This document shows, in pieces, positions 17,691-27,382 of a DNA stretch of 64,000 nt (positions within the stretch are counted from its first letter, which is position 1; each line of letters starts with the position of its first letter). Source of the DNA: Alphaproteobacteria bacterium (GTDB lineage Bacteria > Pseudomonadota > Alphaproteobacteria > UBA828); assembly GCA_965221125.1 (NCBI GenBank), contig CBDCRW010000007.1, positions 840,846 through 904,845 of the forward strand, given 5' to 3'. A model generated the notes under the pieces. That model saw only the letters and a program-made list of their open reading frames with translations, was not told the DNA's origin and did no database searches. The position numbers and the translations under genes were made by a program.

Positions 17691-19715
17691 CTAGAGACGC
17701 ACGTCGTGCAGCGGCCGGCTCCAGTTGCGGGCGCGCTCTTCGACCCGCGCGATATCCTCCTCCAGCATCAGGCCGTCCGCGACAAGGCGTTCCGCCGCCT
17801 CGACGATCGCGGCGACGTAGCCATCCGCGTCGCCGTAGCGCTGCTCGATGGATGGCCGCGGGTCGCCGGTGGCGGCGCGCACGGACTCCGTGTCGGGCAA
17901 GGGGATCGTGCTGCCGCTGAACTCGTGCATGGCGCCCTCGCCCTGCCCCCTGCTCCGCAGGTTCCAGCCGGTGTAGGTAGCGAGCGGCGCCTGGACCATC
18001 GGCACGCGGACCCCGGCGATGTCGTTGCCGTCGGCATCGACTGCCGGCACCAGCACGGTGTAGCCCTCGGGACCCACGACCCTGGGCGGCAGCGTGCTCT
18101 GTATGCCGTGCTCCGCCTCCGTCCCGAAATCGTAGAGCGGCAGCGCGCTGGGTCCGCGCGGCGTGGCGACGCCCGGAATGGCGGGGAACTGCACGCGCCA
18201 TTCCTCCATGCCGACGAGGGTGCCGTCACGGCGCCTGGGCGTGCGGCTTGCCGGCGGCTTCGTGCCGTCGCTCGCCCAGCGGTCCATCGCGTCGAGCAGC
18301 GCGCGGAACAGCATCGAGGTCTGGACCACGTTGCTCGGGTTCTGGCAGATGCCGCGCGCCGGCGCGCCCTGGTTGGGATCGGCCACGTGCGGCGCGCTCG
18401 ACCAGAAGTAGACCCGCACGTTGGCGGGCTGCTCCAGGTCGTTTCCCTGGGTGTCGGTATGCACGAGCGAGCCGCGCCGCTGCCAGTATTCCGTGGCGCT
18501 CTGGCTGTGGAAGATCAGGGGGTCGGTCTCGGGCCGCTTGCAGATCGCATCCGACCTGCCGGTCAGATGATCCGTGCTGGCCGCGTAGGAGAACGGGAAG
18601 CTGTCGGCGGCGTTGTCGTGGTCCTCGTACTGCTGGCCCGCCGGCACGACGACGTTGGCGAAGCGATGGTTCATCCACATGCGCCCGCAGCCGGCGACGT
18701 GCGCCAGCACGCCGTCGAACACCCTGCGCCCGGCGGCGTCGGCGTTGAAGCCGCGATAGATCGCGTCGCGGATGCAGCGCCCCGTCTGCGAGCGGCCGAA
18801 GGCGTAGGCCTTCTCCACCGGCCCGCCGTCCGCCACCGGATTGGCGCGGCCCTCGCTGTCGTGCGTCTCGTACTTCAGGAAGCTCACCAGGTCCCGCACC
18901 GCGACGTAGCCCAGCCCAAGCACCAGCGGATCGCGGCCTTCGTAGACAAGCTCGTAGATCCAGCCGGGCTCGAACCCGCCCGGCATGTGGATGTGCGTGT
19001 CGGACTCCACGATCGCCTGCTCGGCGCCCTGGAAATCGAGGCCTGCGCCGCTCTCCACGCGCGCGAACTGCCACGCCTCCGGCGAAATCTCCACGCGTTC
19101 GTCGTCGGGGTAGCGCCGCCGCGTCAGCCGCGCCTTCGCCGGATCGCGCGAGACCGTCGGATGGCTCCGCGTGGAGACCCAGCCGCTCAGCGGCAGCGTG
19201 GTCTGACCGTTCTGGGCGACGATGAACTCGGTCCGCACCGGGCCCGTGATCGGCCCGCCGCCCTCGCTCGCGACGGGCAGGGTCAGGATCATGCGGCCGT
19301 CGCCCGGCAGCAGGTCCCCCTGCCAGGCGCCCCACACCACGGTATAGCCGCGGCGGAACAGGTAGCCGTTGCCGGCGTGCTCCAGCGTCGCCGGGTCGTT
19401 GCAGGCGGGCGCATCGCAAAAGTACTGCAACGCCCGCTTGTTGCCGCGGTTGCCGTAGTCGAAGAAGAGCCGCCTGTTGCCGCACGCCGGATCGACCGGC
19501 TTCAGGATGCAGAGGTCCGCCGCGAACTCGACCAGGCCGTCGCTGTTGCGCGGCGCCTTGTCCAGATCGACGATGCCGGCCTGCGCCGGTGCGTCCGGAT
19601 CGACGGCAAACCGCGCCCGCCCGACCAGCCGCTCGTAGGCTCCGGCTCCGGCGAATTCGTGACCGTCGGCGAAGGCGGCCCGTTCGTGAATGTCGATGGC
19701 GATTCTGTTTCTCAC
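17691..19715 (-). CDS. Large alpha/beta-hydrolase-domain protein
   Basis: FAGAGAYERL, NRGNK, WGAWQGD, GRSQTGR nucleophile motif, EYWQRRGSL, VDADGN..G..P; GTG start 19715 estimated. Confidence 0.8.
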   Translation of the reverse strand: MRNRIAIDIHERAAFADGHEFAGAGAYERLVGRARFAVDPDAPAQAGIVDLDKAPRNSDGLVEFAADLCILKPVDPACGNRRLFFDYGNRGNKRALQYFCDAPACNDPATLEHAGNGYLFRRGYTVVWGAWQGDLLPGDGRMILTLPVASEGGGPITGPVRTEFIVAQNGQTTLPLSGWVSTRSHPTVSRDPAKARLTRRRYPDDERVEISPEAWQFARVESGAGLDFQGAEQAIVESDTHIHMPGGFEPGWIYELVYEGRDPLVLGLGYVAVRDLVSFLKYETHDSEGRANPVADGGPVEKAYAFGRSQTGRCIRDAIYRGFNADAAGRRVFDGVLAHVAGCGRMWMNHRFANVVVPAGQQYEDHDNAADSFPFSYAASTDHLTGRSDAICKRPETDPLIFHSQSATEYWQRRGSLVHTDTQGNDLEQPANVRVYFWSSAPHVADPNQGAPARGICQNPSNVVQTSMLFRALLDAMDRWASDGTKPPASRTPRRRDGTLVGMEEWRVQFPAIPGVATPRGPSALPLYDFGTEAEHGIQSTLPPRVVGPEGYTVLVPAVDADGNDIAGVRVPMVQAPLATYTGWNLRSRGQGEGAMHEFSGSTIPLPDTESVRAATGDPRPSIEQRYGDADGYVAAIVEAAERLVADGLMLEEDIARVEERARNWSRPLHDVRL

Positions 19716-19743
19716 GCGCCGTGCTCCCAACTCTGCTCCACGC

Positions 19744-20550
19744 TCACCGCCCGGCGTCGCGCCAGGCGATGGCGGCGCGCAGTCCCTGCGTGCGCACGAT
19801 CTCGAGGAACGCGCGCTTGGTCGCCGTTCCTTCGGCTTCGATCAGGAAGTCCTGCTCGAGCGCCATGTCCAGCGTCTCGTCGAAGCCCATCATGCGGTAC
19901 ATGCGGTTGACCGCCGCCTTGGTGCGCTTGAGCAGCGCGGGCTCGATCGCGGCCATACGCCGCGCGAGCGCCAGCGCGGTCTCAACCTCTTCGCCCACCG
20001 GCACGACGCGGTTGACGAGCCCGATCTCGTAGGCGCGGGCAGCGTCGATCTCGTCCTCGCCGGAGAGCAGGATCTCCTTCGCGTGCTTGGGCCCGGTGAG
20101 CCAGGGCATGAGCATCACGACGATGCCGGCGCCGAAGCGCAGCTCGGGCTCGCCGAAGCGCGCGTCCTCGGCCGCCACCGTCACGTCGCAGGCAAGCGCC
20201 AGCTCGCAGCCGCCGGCGAGCGCGGGTCCCCGTACCGCAGCAATGGTGGGTTTCGAGAGATGCCAGAAGCGCATCACGGTGTCGAAGTCGTCGCGCAGCA
20301 CGCCGCGCCATTGGGCGACGCCTGCGGGCGGGGCCGCGGCCTGCTCCTTGAGGTCGAAGCCTGAGGAAAAGGCGCCGCCCGCGCCGGTCACGACCAGCGC
20401 CCGGAGCGTTTCGTCGGTCTCGGCTGCATCGCACACCGCATGGAGTTCCGCCAGCATGGTCCGGTCGATCGCGTTGGCGCGTTCGGGCCGGTTGAGCGTG
20501 ACGAGCCCCACCGCGTCCTGCCGCTCGAACCTGATGCATCGATAGTCCAT
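19744..20550 (-). CDS. Enoyl-CoA hydratase/isomerase family protein
   Basis: VTLNRPERANA, FSSGFDL, KPTIAAVRGPALAGGCELALACD, FGEPE; real start at ATG 20550. Confidence 0.93.
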   Translation of the reverse strand: MDYRCIRFERQDAVGLVTLNRPERANAIDRTMLAELHAVCDAAETDETLRALVVTGAGGAFSSGFDLKEQAAAPPAGVAQWRGVLRDDFDTVMRFWHLSKPTIAAVRGPALAGGCELALACDVTVAAEDARFGEPELRFGAGIVVMLMPWLTGPKHAKEILLSGEDEIDAARAYEIGLVNRVVPVGEEVETALALARRMAAIEPALLKRTKAAVNRMYRMMGFDETLDMALEQDFLIEAEGTATKRAFLEIVRTQGLRAAIAWRDAGR

Positions 20551-20715
20551 CGCTGGCCTCCGGGATGGATGCGCGGCACGACGATACCACTTCGCCACGT
20601 GAACCGAGTTGGCAGAACGGGCGCCCGGCAGCCCGGCTCTCATCGTGCCGGCTTCCGTGCCTTGCTTTCGCGCGCCCGCCCGGCAAGATGGCCACGGACC
20701 GGAGAAAGGCAGGAA

Positions 20716-22836
20716 ATGGGCAAGCAGGGCGATGCCCGCTACGTGGTCGCGACCGATGTCGGCGGCACGTGCACGGATGCGGTGCTGTTCGCCGCCGGCG
20801 AGCCGGTGCGCCTCGGCAAGGCGCTCTCCACCCCGCCCGACTTCGCGGACGGCGTGCTCGCCGCCGTCGGCGCGGCGGCCGACGACATCGGCCTCAGCAC
20901 GGATGCGCTGCTGGCGCGGACCGCGCTCTTCATGCACGGCTCGACGGTCGTGGACAACACGCTGCTCACCCGCTCGGGCGCCAGGACCGGCCTCATCACC
21001 ACGGAAGGTTTTGAGGACACGCTGACGATCACGCGCGGCGCCTACGGCCGCTGGGCCGGGCTCACCGAGGACGGCATCAAGCACCCGGTGGCGACCGACC
21101 GCGCGCCCCCCCTGGTGCCGGGCGCCCGCACCCGTGGCGTGCCGGAGCGGGTCGACTACAAGGGCGCGGTGCTGCGCGAGCTGGACGAAGAGGCCGTGCG
21201 GCACGCGGTGCGCTCGCTGGTGGACGACGACGAGGTCGAGGCGCTCGCCGTCTCCTTCCTCTGGTCCTTCTACAATGACAGCCACGAGCGCCGCGTCGGC
21301 GCGCTGATCCGCGAGACCGCGCCCGGCACCTACGTCACGCTTTCCAGCGACATCGCGCCGGTGCCCGGCGAATACGAGCGCGCGTCGACCACGGTCATCA
21401 ACGCCTACGCCGGGCGCATCGCCAGGGACTACATCACCAGCATCCAGGCGCTGCTGCGAGGGCGCGGCTACGACGGGCCTCTCCTGGTGATGCAGGGATA
21501 CGGCGGCCTGCTGCCGGCGGAGGAAGCCGCCGAGCGGGCCGTGGGCATGCTCGAATGCGGCCCCGCCGCCGGCGTCATCGGCAGCCGCCATCTCGGCCGG
21601 CTGATGGAGGACGAGGACATCATCGCCTGCGACATGGGGGGCACGACCTTCAAAGTGGGCGTGATCCAGGACGGCGCCATCGACTACGCCCGCGAGCCCA
21701 TGGTCGACCGCTACCACTACGTGGCGCCGAAGATCGAGGTGGTCTCCATCGGCGCCGGCGGCGGCAGCATCGTGTCGCTGGACCCCGCCACCGGCGTGCC
21801 GGACGTGGGCCCGGCGAGCGCGGGCGCGAGGCCCGGCCCGATCTGCTACGGCTTCGGCGGCAGCGAGCCGACGCTCACCGACGTCATGCTGCTCGTCGGC
21901 TACATGGACCCCGGCACCTTTCTCGGCGGCACGATCACGCTCGACGCGGCGAAAGCGCGGGAAATCTTCACCGGGAAGATCGCCTCGCCGCTCGGCATGA
22001 GCGTCGAAGACGCCGCCATCGGCATCTACCGCATCGCTGCGGCGCAGATCTCCGACCTCATCCACGAGATCACCGTCGAGCGCGGCCTCGACCCGCGCGA
22101 CTTCGTGCTGCACGCCTTCGGCGGCACCTGCGGCCTGCTCTGCGGCGTGTTCGGCGCCGAGCTCGGGGTCAGGCGCATCGTCGTCCCCTACACCGCCGCG
22201 GTGAACGCGGCCTTCGGCCTGCTCTCGGCCGATATCGTCCACGAGTACAGCGTCACCAAGACCCTGCCGGTGCCGAGCCCCGCCGTCGAGATCAACGCGA
22301 TCTATGCGCCGATGATGGACCGCGCCCGCGAACAGCTTGCGGCCGAGGGATTCGCCGACGATGCCATCGCGCTCGACTGGTCCATCGATCTGCGCTACGG
22401 GCGTCAGGTGCACGAGGTGACGACGCCGGTGCAAGGCGGGGGGCCGATGGACGACGATGCCGTGGGCCGTCTCGCGGCAGACTTCGAGGCGCTCTACGAG
22501 CGCAAGTTCGGCCAGGGCTCCGCCTACCGCGCCGCCGGCACGGAGATGACGATGTTTCGCCTCACCGCGCGCGGCCTGGTGGAGCGCCCGCAGGTCGAGA
22601 CGGCTGCGCTGAATGGCGCCGACCCCGGCCGGGCGCTGATCGGCCGGCGCGACATCTTCGTGGAGGCGGCGGGTGGGCTCGCGCCGGCCGACATCTTCGA
22701 CTTCGCGCGCCTCGTGCCCGGCAACGTCATCGCCGGCCCGGCGGTGATCCACACGCCGATCACGACCATCGTCGTGCAATCCGGCCAGACCGGCCGGGTT
22801 GATGCGTACCGCAACACCATCATCGAACGCGATTGA
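20716..22836 (+). CDS. Hydantoinase A/oxoprolinase (ATP-binding subunit)
   Basis: DVGGTCTD, HGSTV..N, EYERASTT, GPAAG, DMGGTT, IGAGGGS, RGLDPR. Confidence 0.93.
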   Translation: MGKQGDARYVVATDVGGTCTDAVLFAAGEPVRLGKALSTPPDFADGVLAAVGAAADDIGLSTDALLARTALFMHGSTVVDNTLLTRSGARTGLITTEGFEDTLTITRGAYGRWAGLTEDGIKHPVATDRAPPLVPGARTRGVPERVDYKGAVLRELDEEAVRHAVRSLVDDDEVEALAVSFLWSFYNDSHERRVGALIRETAPGTYVTLSSDIAPVPGEYERASTTVINAYAGRIARDYITSIQALLRGRGYDGPLLVMQGYGGLLPAEEAAERAVGMLECGPAAGVIGSRHLGRLMEDEDIIACDMGGTTFKVGVIQDGAIDYAREPMVDRYHYVAPKIEVVSIGAGGGSIVSLDPATGVPDVGPASAGARPGPICYGFGGSEPTLTDVMLLVGYMDPGTFLGGTITLDAAKAREIFTGKIASPLGMSVEDAAIGIYRIAAAQISDLIHEITVERGLDPRDFVLHAFGGTCGLLCGVFGAELGVRRIVVPYTAAVNAAFGLLSADIVHEYSVTKTLPVPSPAVEINAIYAPMMDRAREQLAAEGFADDAIALDWSIDLRYGRQVHEVTTPVQGGGPMDDDAVGRLAADFEALYERKFGQGSAYRAAGTEMTMFRLTARGLVERPQVETAALNGADPGRALIGRRDIFVEAAGGLAPADIFDFARLVPGNVIAGPAVIHTPITTIVVQSGQTGRVDAYRNTIIERD

Positions 22837-22844
22837 GGCCCGCC

Positions 22845-24674
22845 ATGGACCCGATCACCTTCTCCATCATCCGCCACCGGCTCTTCCGCGTCATCGACGA
22901 GGCGGTGATCACGCTGAAGCACGTCTCCGGCAGCGCGATCACCAACGAGGGCCACGACCTCATGGTCTCCCTCTACCGCGCCGACGGCTCGCTGCTCATG
23001 GGGGGCGTCGGCTTCCTGCACCACCTGACCAGCGCCGCCGAAGCCTGCAAGGCGGTGATCCGCCGCTTCGAGGGCGACATCGGCGAGGGCGACGTGTTCC
23101 TCACCAACTGCCCCTATACGGCGGCACTCCACACGTCGGACATCTACCTGGTGGCGCCGATCCACCATGACGGGCGGCTGGTCGCGTGGAGCGCCTGCTT
23201 CGTCCACGTCTACGACATCGGCGCGATGGTGCCGGGCGGCTTCAGCCCGGATTCGCGCGACATCTTCACCGAGGGTTTCTCGTCGCCCGGCATCAAGCTG
23301 GTGGAAGGCGGGACCATGCGCCGCGACGTCATGGACACGCTGCTCAACATGGTGCGCGCGCCGGAGATGGTGGCGCTCGACCTCTCCTCCATGATAGCCG
23401 CCAACAACGTGGCGCGGGAGCGCATGGGGGCGCTGATCGACAAGTACGGCGCCGGCCCGGTGGACGAAGCCTGCGCCGCGCTGGTCGATCAGTCCGAGAC
23501 GCTCTTCCGCAAGCGCCTCCGCGAGCTGCCCGACGGCCGCTGGGAGGCGCGCCAGTATTTCGACATCGAGGGCGAGACCTGCCGCGTGCTGCTCGCCATG
23601 ACCAAGGAGGGCGACGAGCTCACCTTCGATTTCACGGGCTCCAGCCCGCAGTCGCACTACGGCATCAACTGCACCTACTGGGCTTCCTGGGGCGGCTTCT
23701 TCGCCCCCCTCTTCCCGCTGCTCTGCTACGACATCACCTGGAACGACGGCGTCCTCAGGCCGATCAGGATGATCGCGCCGGAAGGCACCATCGTGAACTG
23801 CACGCGGCCTGCGCCCGTCTCGCTCGCCACCGTCGGCACGATCCAGTCGGTGAACAACGCGGCCTGCACGTGCATCGCCAAGATGCTGTCGGCCAGCGAA
23901 ACGTACGCCAGGGAGGCCACGGCGGTCTGGCACGGCAGCCACTTCGCCATCTTCATGTTCGGCCTCAACCAGCGCCGCCAGGAGGCCATCGGCATCCTGA
24001 CCGAGACTTTTGGCGGCGCGGGCGGCGCGCGCACCTATGCCGACGGCATCGATGTGGGCGGCGAGATTCCCAACCCCATCGGCCGCATGGCCAACGTCGA
24101 GACCACCGAGGCAACCTTCCCGGTGCGCTACCTGTTCCGCCGGGCGCGGCCGGATACCGGCGGGCCGGGCCGCTGGCGGGGCGGCAACGCCATCGAGTTC
24201 GCCCTGGTGCAGCACGATTCGCCCGAGGGCGGCATCAACTACGTGGTCTCGGGCAAGGGCACCGAGTTCTCCATGAGCGAGGGCCTGGGCGGCGGCTATG
24301 CCGGCGCGCCCTGCGCCTACCGCTGGGTGCACAACAACCGCGCACGCGACGCCGGACGCAACGTCGACCCCTTCCCCACCTCCCTCGACGGGATGACCGG
24401 CGAGGCCGAGACCATCTCCTGGGGCGTCTTCCCCCTGAAGGGCGAGGACGCACTCTATGTCCGCTCCGACGGCGGCGGCGGCTTCGGCGACCCGCTGGAG
24501 CGCGAGCCCGCGCGGGTACAGGCCGATATCGAGGCCGGCATGGTCAGCGAGGGCGTGGCCGCCTCCGTCTACGGCGTGGTCATGGCGGACGGCACGGTTG
24601 ACGAAGAGGCGACCCGCGCCCGGCGCGAGGCGCTGCGCTCCGCCCGCCTCGCGACTCCCATGGCGGCTGAATGA
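22845..24674 (+). CDS. Hydantoinase B/oxoprolinase family protein
   Basis: MDPITFSII, GDVFLTN, HVYDIG, FDFTGS, GGPGRWRGG, GGGGFGDP. Confidence 0.92.
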   Translation: MDPITFSIIRHRLFRVIDEAVITLKHVSGSAITNEGHDLMVSLYRADGSLLMGGVGFLHHLTSAAEACKAVIRRFEGDIGEGDVFLTNCPYTAALHTSDIYLVAPIHHDGRLVAWSACFVHVYDIGAMVPGGFSPDSRDIFTEGFSSPGIKLVEGGTMRRDVMDTLLNMVRAPEMVALDLSSMIAANNVARERMGALIDKYGAGPVDEACAALVDQSETLFRKRLRELPDGRWEARQYFDIEGETCRVLLAMTKEGDELTFDFTGSSPQSHYGINCTYWASWGGFFAPLFPLLCYDITWNDGVLRPIRMIAPEGTIVNCTRPAPVSLATVGTIQSVNNAACTCIAKMLSASETYAREATAVWHGSHFAIFMFGLNQRRQEAIGILTETFGGAGGARTYADGIDVGGEIPNPIGRMANVETTEATFPVRYLFRRARPDTGGPGRWRGGNAIEFALVQHDSPEGGINYVVSGKGTEFSMSEGLGGGYAGAPCAYRWVHNNRARDAGRNVDPFPTSLDGMTGEAETISWGVFPLKGEDALYVRSDGGGGFGDPLEREPARVQADIEAGMVSEGVAASVYGVVMADGTVDEEATRARREALRSARLATPMAAE

Positions 24675-24946
24675 CTGGCACCCGTATCTCCGCCACGCTC
24701 GTTGTCGACGACGACCGCGCTATCGCCTGCATGGCCTGCGGCTACGCTCTCGGCCCGGCCGGGGAGCCGTGGAAGCAGGCCGCCCGCCTCGACGAGCGGC
24801 CCATGCAGGGCGCCGGCGGCGCGCCCTACAGCAATGCCGAGCGGGTCCTGCTGCGCCGCTTCTTCTGCCCCGGCTGCGGTGCCCTGCTCGACACCGAATC
24901 GGCGCTCGCGGGCGATCCCTTCCTCACCGACGACGTGCGCGTGTAG
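24671..24946 (+). CDS. Acetone carboxylase gamma-subunit-like zinc protein
   Basis: CMACG..W.K..FFCPGCGALLDTE; ATGA overlap with upstream gene. Confidence 0.82.
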   Translation: MTGTRISATLVVDDDRAIACMACGYALGPAGEPWKQAARLDERPMQGAGGAPYSNAERVLLRRFFCPGCGALLDTESALAGDPFLTDDVRV

Positions 24947-24956
24947 GGGCCTCAAG

Positions 24957-25643
24957 ATGCACGAAATCGAAATAAGGCCGGAGATCGTCGAGCGCGTCGT
25001 GAAGCGGCGGGGGCGGATGCGCCTCTTCGAGCGCCTCGATCCGGCCCGCACGGCGGCGGTCTACATCGACATGCAGGTGACCTTCCTCGCGCCGGGCGCG
25101 CCGGTCGAGGTGCCGATGGCGCGCGCCATCGTGCCGCAGATCAATGCGCTCAACGCACGTCTCAGGGCGCTCGGCGTCCGCATCTACTGGGTCGCCCACG
25201 CCAACACGAGCCGCGACGGCGCGTCGGACTGGCCGGGCTTCTTCGACCACTTCGTCACCGACGAGGCGCGCGAGCGCACCATGGCCGGCCTCGCGCCCAA
25301 CGCCGACGGCCAGGCGCTCTGGCCCGAGCTGGAGGTCGGCGACGACGACACGGTCCTCTTCAAGAACCGCTACAGCGCCCTGATCCCCGGCTCGTCGTCG
25401 CTGGAGACGATGGTGCGCGGCCGCAGCATCGACACGCTGCTCATCGGCGGCACCAAGACCGACGTCTGCTGCGAATCGACCGCGCGCGACGCCATGATGC
25501 TCGACTTCAAGACCGTGATGCTGGCCGACTGCTGCGCCGCGCTCAGCGACGAGGAGCACCGCAACGCGCTGGAGACCATCGTCCAGCAGTTCGGCGACGT
25601 GATGACCGCGGACGAGGCTGTGGCGGCTCTGGAAGCCGGGTAG
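24957..25643 (+). CDS. Cysteine hydrolase (isochorismatase family)
   Basis: IDMQ, KNRYSA, GTKTDVCCESTARDA (D-K-C triad). Confidence 0.92.
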   Translation: MHEIEIRPEIVERVVKRRGRMRLFERLDPARTAAVYIDMQVTFLAPGAPVEVPMARAIVPQINALNARLRALGVRIYWVAHANTSRDGASDWPGFFDHFVTDEARERTMAGLAPNADGQALWPELEVGDDDTVLFKNRYSALIPGSSSLETMVRGRSIDTLLIGGTKTDVCCESTARDAMMLDFKTVMLADCCAALSDEEHRNALETIVQQFGDVMTADEAVAALEAG

Positions 25644-25716
25644 CGATCTTGGTCCCAGCAACGGCACTTGAGGCCAGGATCAGTCGGGAACGCTCGATAA
25701 GCCCGTCTCCAGGCGT

Positions 25717-26457
25717 TCAGGCTTGCGGAATTCGGTCTTGATAAACTGAGGTCGCCGGTATCCCGATCAGCAGCAACGGGCAAGGATTGCCGACGCCGCG
25801 CTCGATTCTTTCTTGCAGCTTGTTCCAATGGGTCGTCGCGCTGCCGAACTTGTCCTGTACGAATCGGCGCGCCCAATCCGCAACGAAGCCGTCGCCGTCA
25901 GCCCTGACCATGCGGCGCTGCCGTTCCGTCGGGCTCACATCGAATTGCCCAAGATCGTCGAAGCCCCGCACGCCTTGATTGACCGCACACGCTTCAACAA
26001 TCTGAACCATGCTTTCCTGGAGCGACCTGCCGCGCGTCACGATGATCCCGACGCTGATTGCGCCTTCACTATGGAGTCTCTGAAAGTTCTCCAGGTCGCG
26101 ATCGAAGAACGGATCCTTGTTGTTCCACTCGATTTCCAGTGCGATGGCGCCCCCGTCTGATCTTCGCACATGGTCGATTTCATGCGAGATCGCGGCCCGC
26201 TCGATGTCGTCGACGGTCTTCCTGACGACAATGCTTCGCTTGATCCACTCTCGCTCCGTGAGGGAGCGTCTGAGCCGCTGCGTCGAATGGGCTTCCCCGC
26301 CTCCGCCCTTGATCAACTCCACGTCGGCTACTCTGAAATCCAACAGGACGCCGCACAGCTCTTCGAGCGGTTCCGGGAAATCCGTGGTGAGGACGGCCAG
26401 CGCGTGGTTTACGGTCTGAACGTCGAAGCCGGCCTCTTCAAGATCGGGCAGGCTCAA
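25717..26457 (-). CDS. BglII/BstYI-family type II restriction endonuclease
   Basis: GGGGE, HEIDHV, ALEIEWNNKDPFFDRDLENF; probable TTG start overlapping the MTase stop. Confidence 0.85.
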   Translation of the reverse strand: MSLPDLEEAGFDVQTVNHALAVLTTDFPEPLEELCGVLLDFRVADVELIKGGGGEAHSTQRLRRSLTEREWIKRSIVVRKTVDDIERAAISHEIDHVRRSDGGAIALEIEWNNKDPFFDRDLENFQRLHSEGAISVGIIVTRGRSLQESMVQIVEACAVNQGVRGFDDLGQFDVSPTERQRRMVRADGDGFVADWARRFVQDKFGSATTHWNKLQERIERGVGNPCPLLLIGIPATSVYQDRIPQA

Positions 26458-27086
26458 GGCGAGGCGGCGGCAGAATGATTGCTGTAGGTCGGCCAGTCGG
26501 GCTCGTAGTCGGCGTCGGCCTGATTGCCCCATACCGTCCAATTGTCGCGCGCGCCCCGACCGAACAATTCGAGATACGGTCCCCAGCTGCAACTTTCGAT
26601 CACGTCGTACTGTTCGTCCGGTTTCCGTGAGTGTTCCCGCTTGCGGCTCGCAATCAAGTTTACCTGACTGCGTCCCGGAGGAAGCGTTCGGACGTCCTTG
26701 CCGCGCACGCTGAAAAGAACAATTTCGGTCACGTTGCGAAAATAGAAGCCTACCCCTCGACCGTCGGAGCCACCGTCTTTGCGCACCTTGTGCCAGATCA
26801 GGTTTGTCTTGTACCGAAACCCCCACGACGTGAGCACATGCAATCCCTCGGGAAGTAGCGCATTCGGAACCCACAAATAGCAATGCGCTCGCTCGGCGAC
26901 ATGGTCAGCCACCGGAAGCGCCGCGATTTCCTCAAGGGACAGAGTGCCGTACCGAGACAATCGGCGGTGCTCAGGTGCGACCTTCCCCGTGCGGTTGGCG
27001 AAGCGCCAAGGTGGATCGGCAAGGACCGTCCCGAACCTCGTGTTGCCCAGGCTCTTGCTCAGATCGCTCGCCGGCGAGTCTAACAT
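26454..27086 (-). CDS. MT-A70 family adenine methyltransferase
   Basis: LADPPW, LWVPN, WGFRYKT..W.K, REHSRKP, YLELFGR..W..WGNQ. Confidence 0.93.
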   Translation of the reverse strand: MLDSPASDLSKSLGNTRFGTVLADPPWRFANRTGKVAPEHRRLSRYGTLSLEEIAALPVADHVAERAHCYLWVPNALLPEGLHVLTSWGFRYKTNLIWHKVRKDGGSDGRGVGFYFRNVTEIVLFSVRGKDVRTLPPGRSQVNLIASRKREHSRKPDEQYDVIESCSWGPYLELFGRGARDNWTVWGNQADADYEPDWPTYSNHSAAASP

Positions 27087-27161
27087 TCGGTCCCTACATG
27101 CCCGCACACAAGCTGCCCCCCATACCAAGTGCTACCCGGCATCACGACTCGACACGAAAAA

Positions 27162-27176
27162 GAATATAACAAGAAC
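27162..27176. promoter_or_regulatory. Possible alphaproteobacterial LexA (SOS) box upstream of the R-M pair
   Basis: GAAT-ataacaa-GAAC, one mismatch to GAAC-N7-GAAC. Confidence 0.45.
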
Positions 27177-27382
27177 ATTCGCTTTTGCAAGGCTGCCGTC
27201 GGCTGGCCGTTACCTTAGCTCCAGCATCGCTCCCTCACGGCTGACCGGCTCGATCCCCTCTCATTCAGGAATCCCGGAATGCCGGATTGGGTCGTGCAAG
27301 CCAAAGCTGCTAACATCCGGCAGGCACTGGCGGAATTCCGTGTCTGCCGGTCCGTTAGGGAGGACGAGTCGGGAGCCACCGG

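Noticed and set aside
27317-27350. Hairpin CCGGCAGGCAC..GTGTCTGCCGG upstream of the aldolases as a riboswitch
   Set aside because: A single stem with no recognisable aptamer motif.
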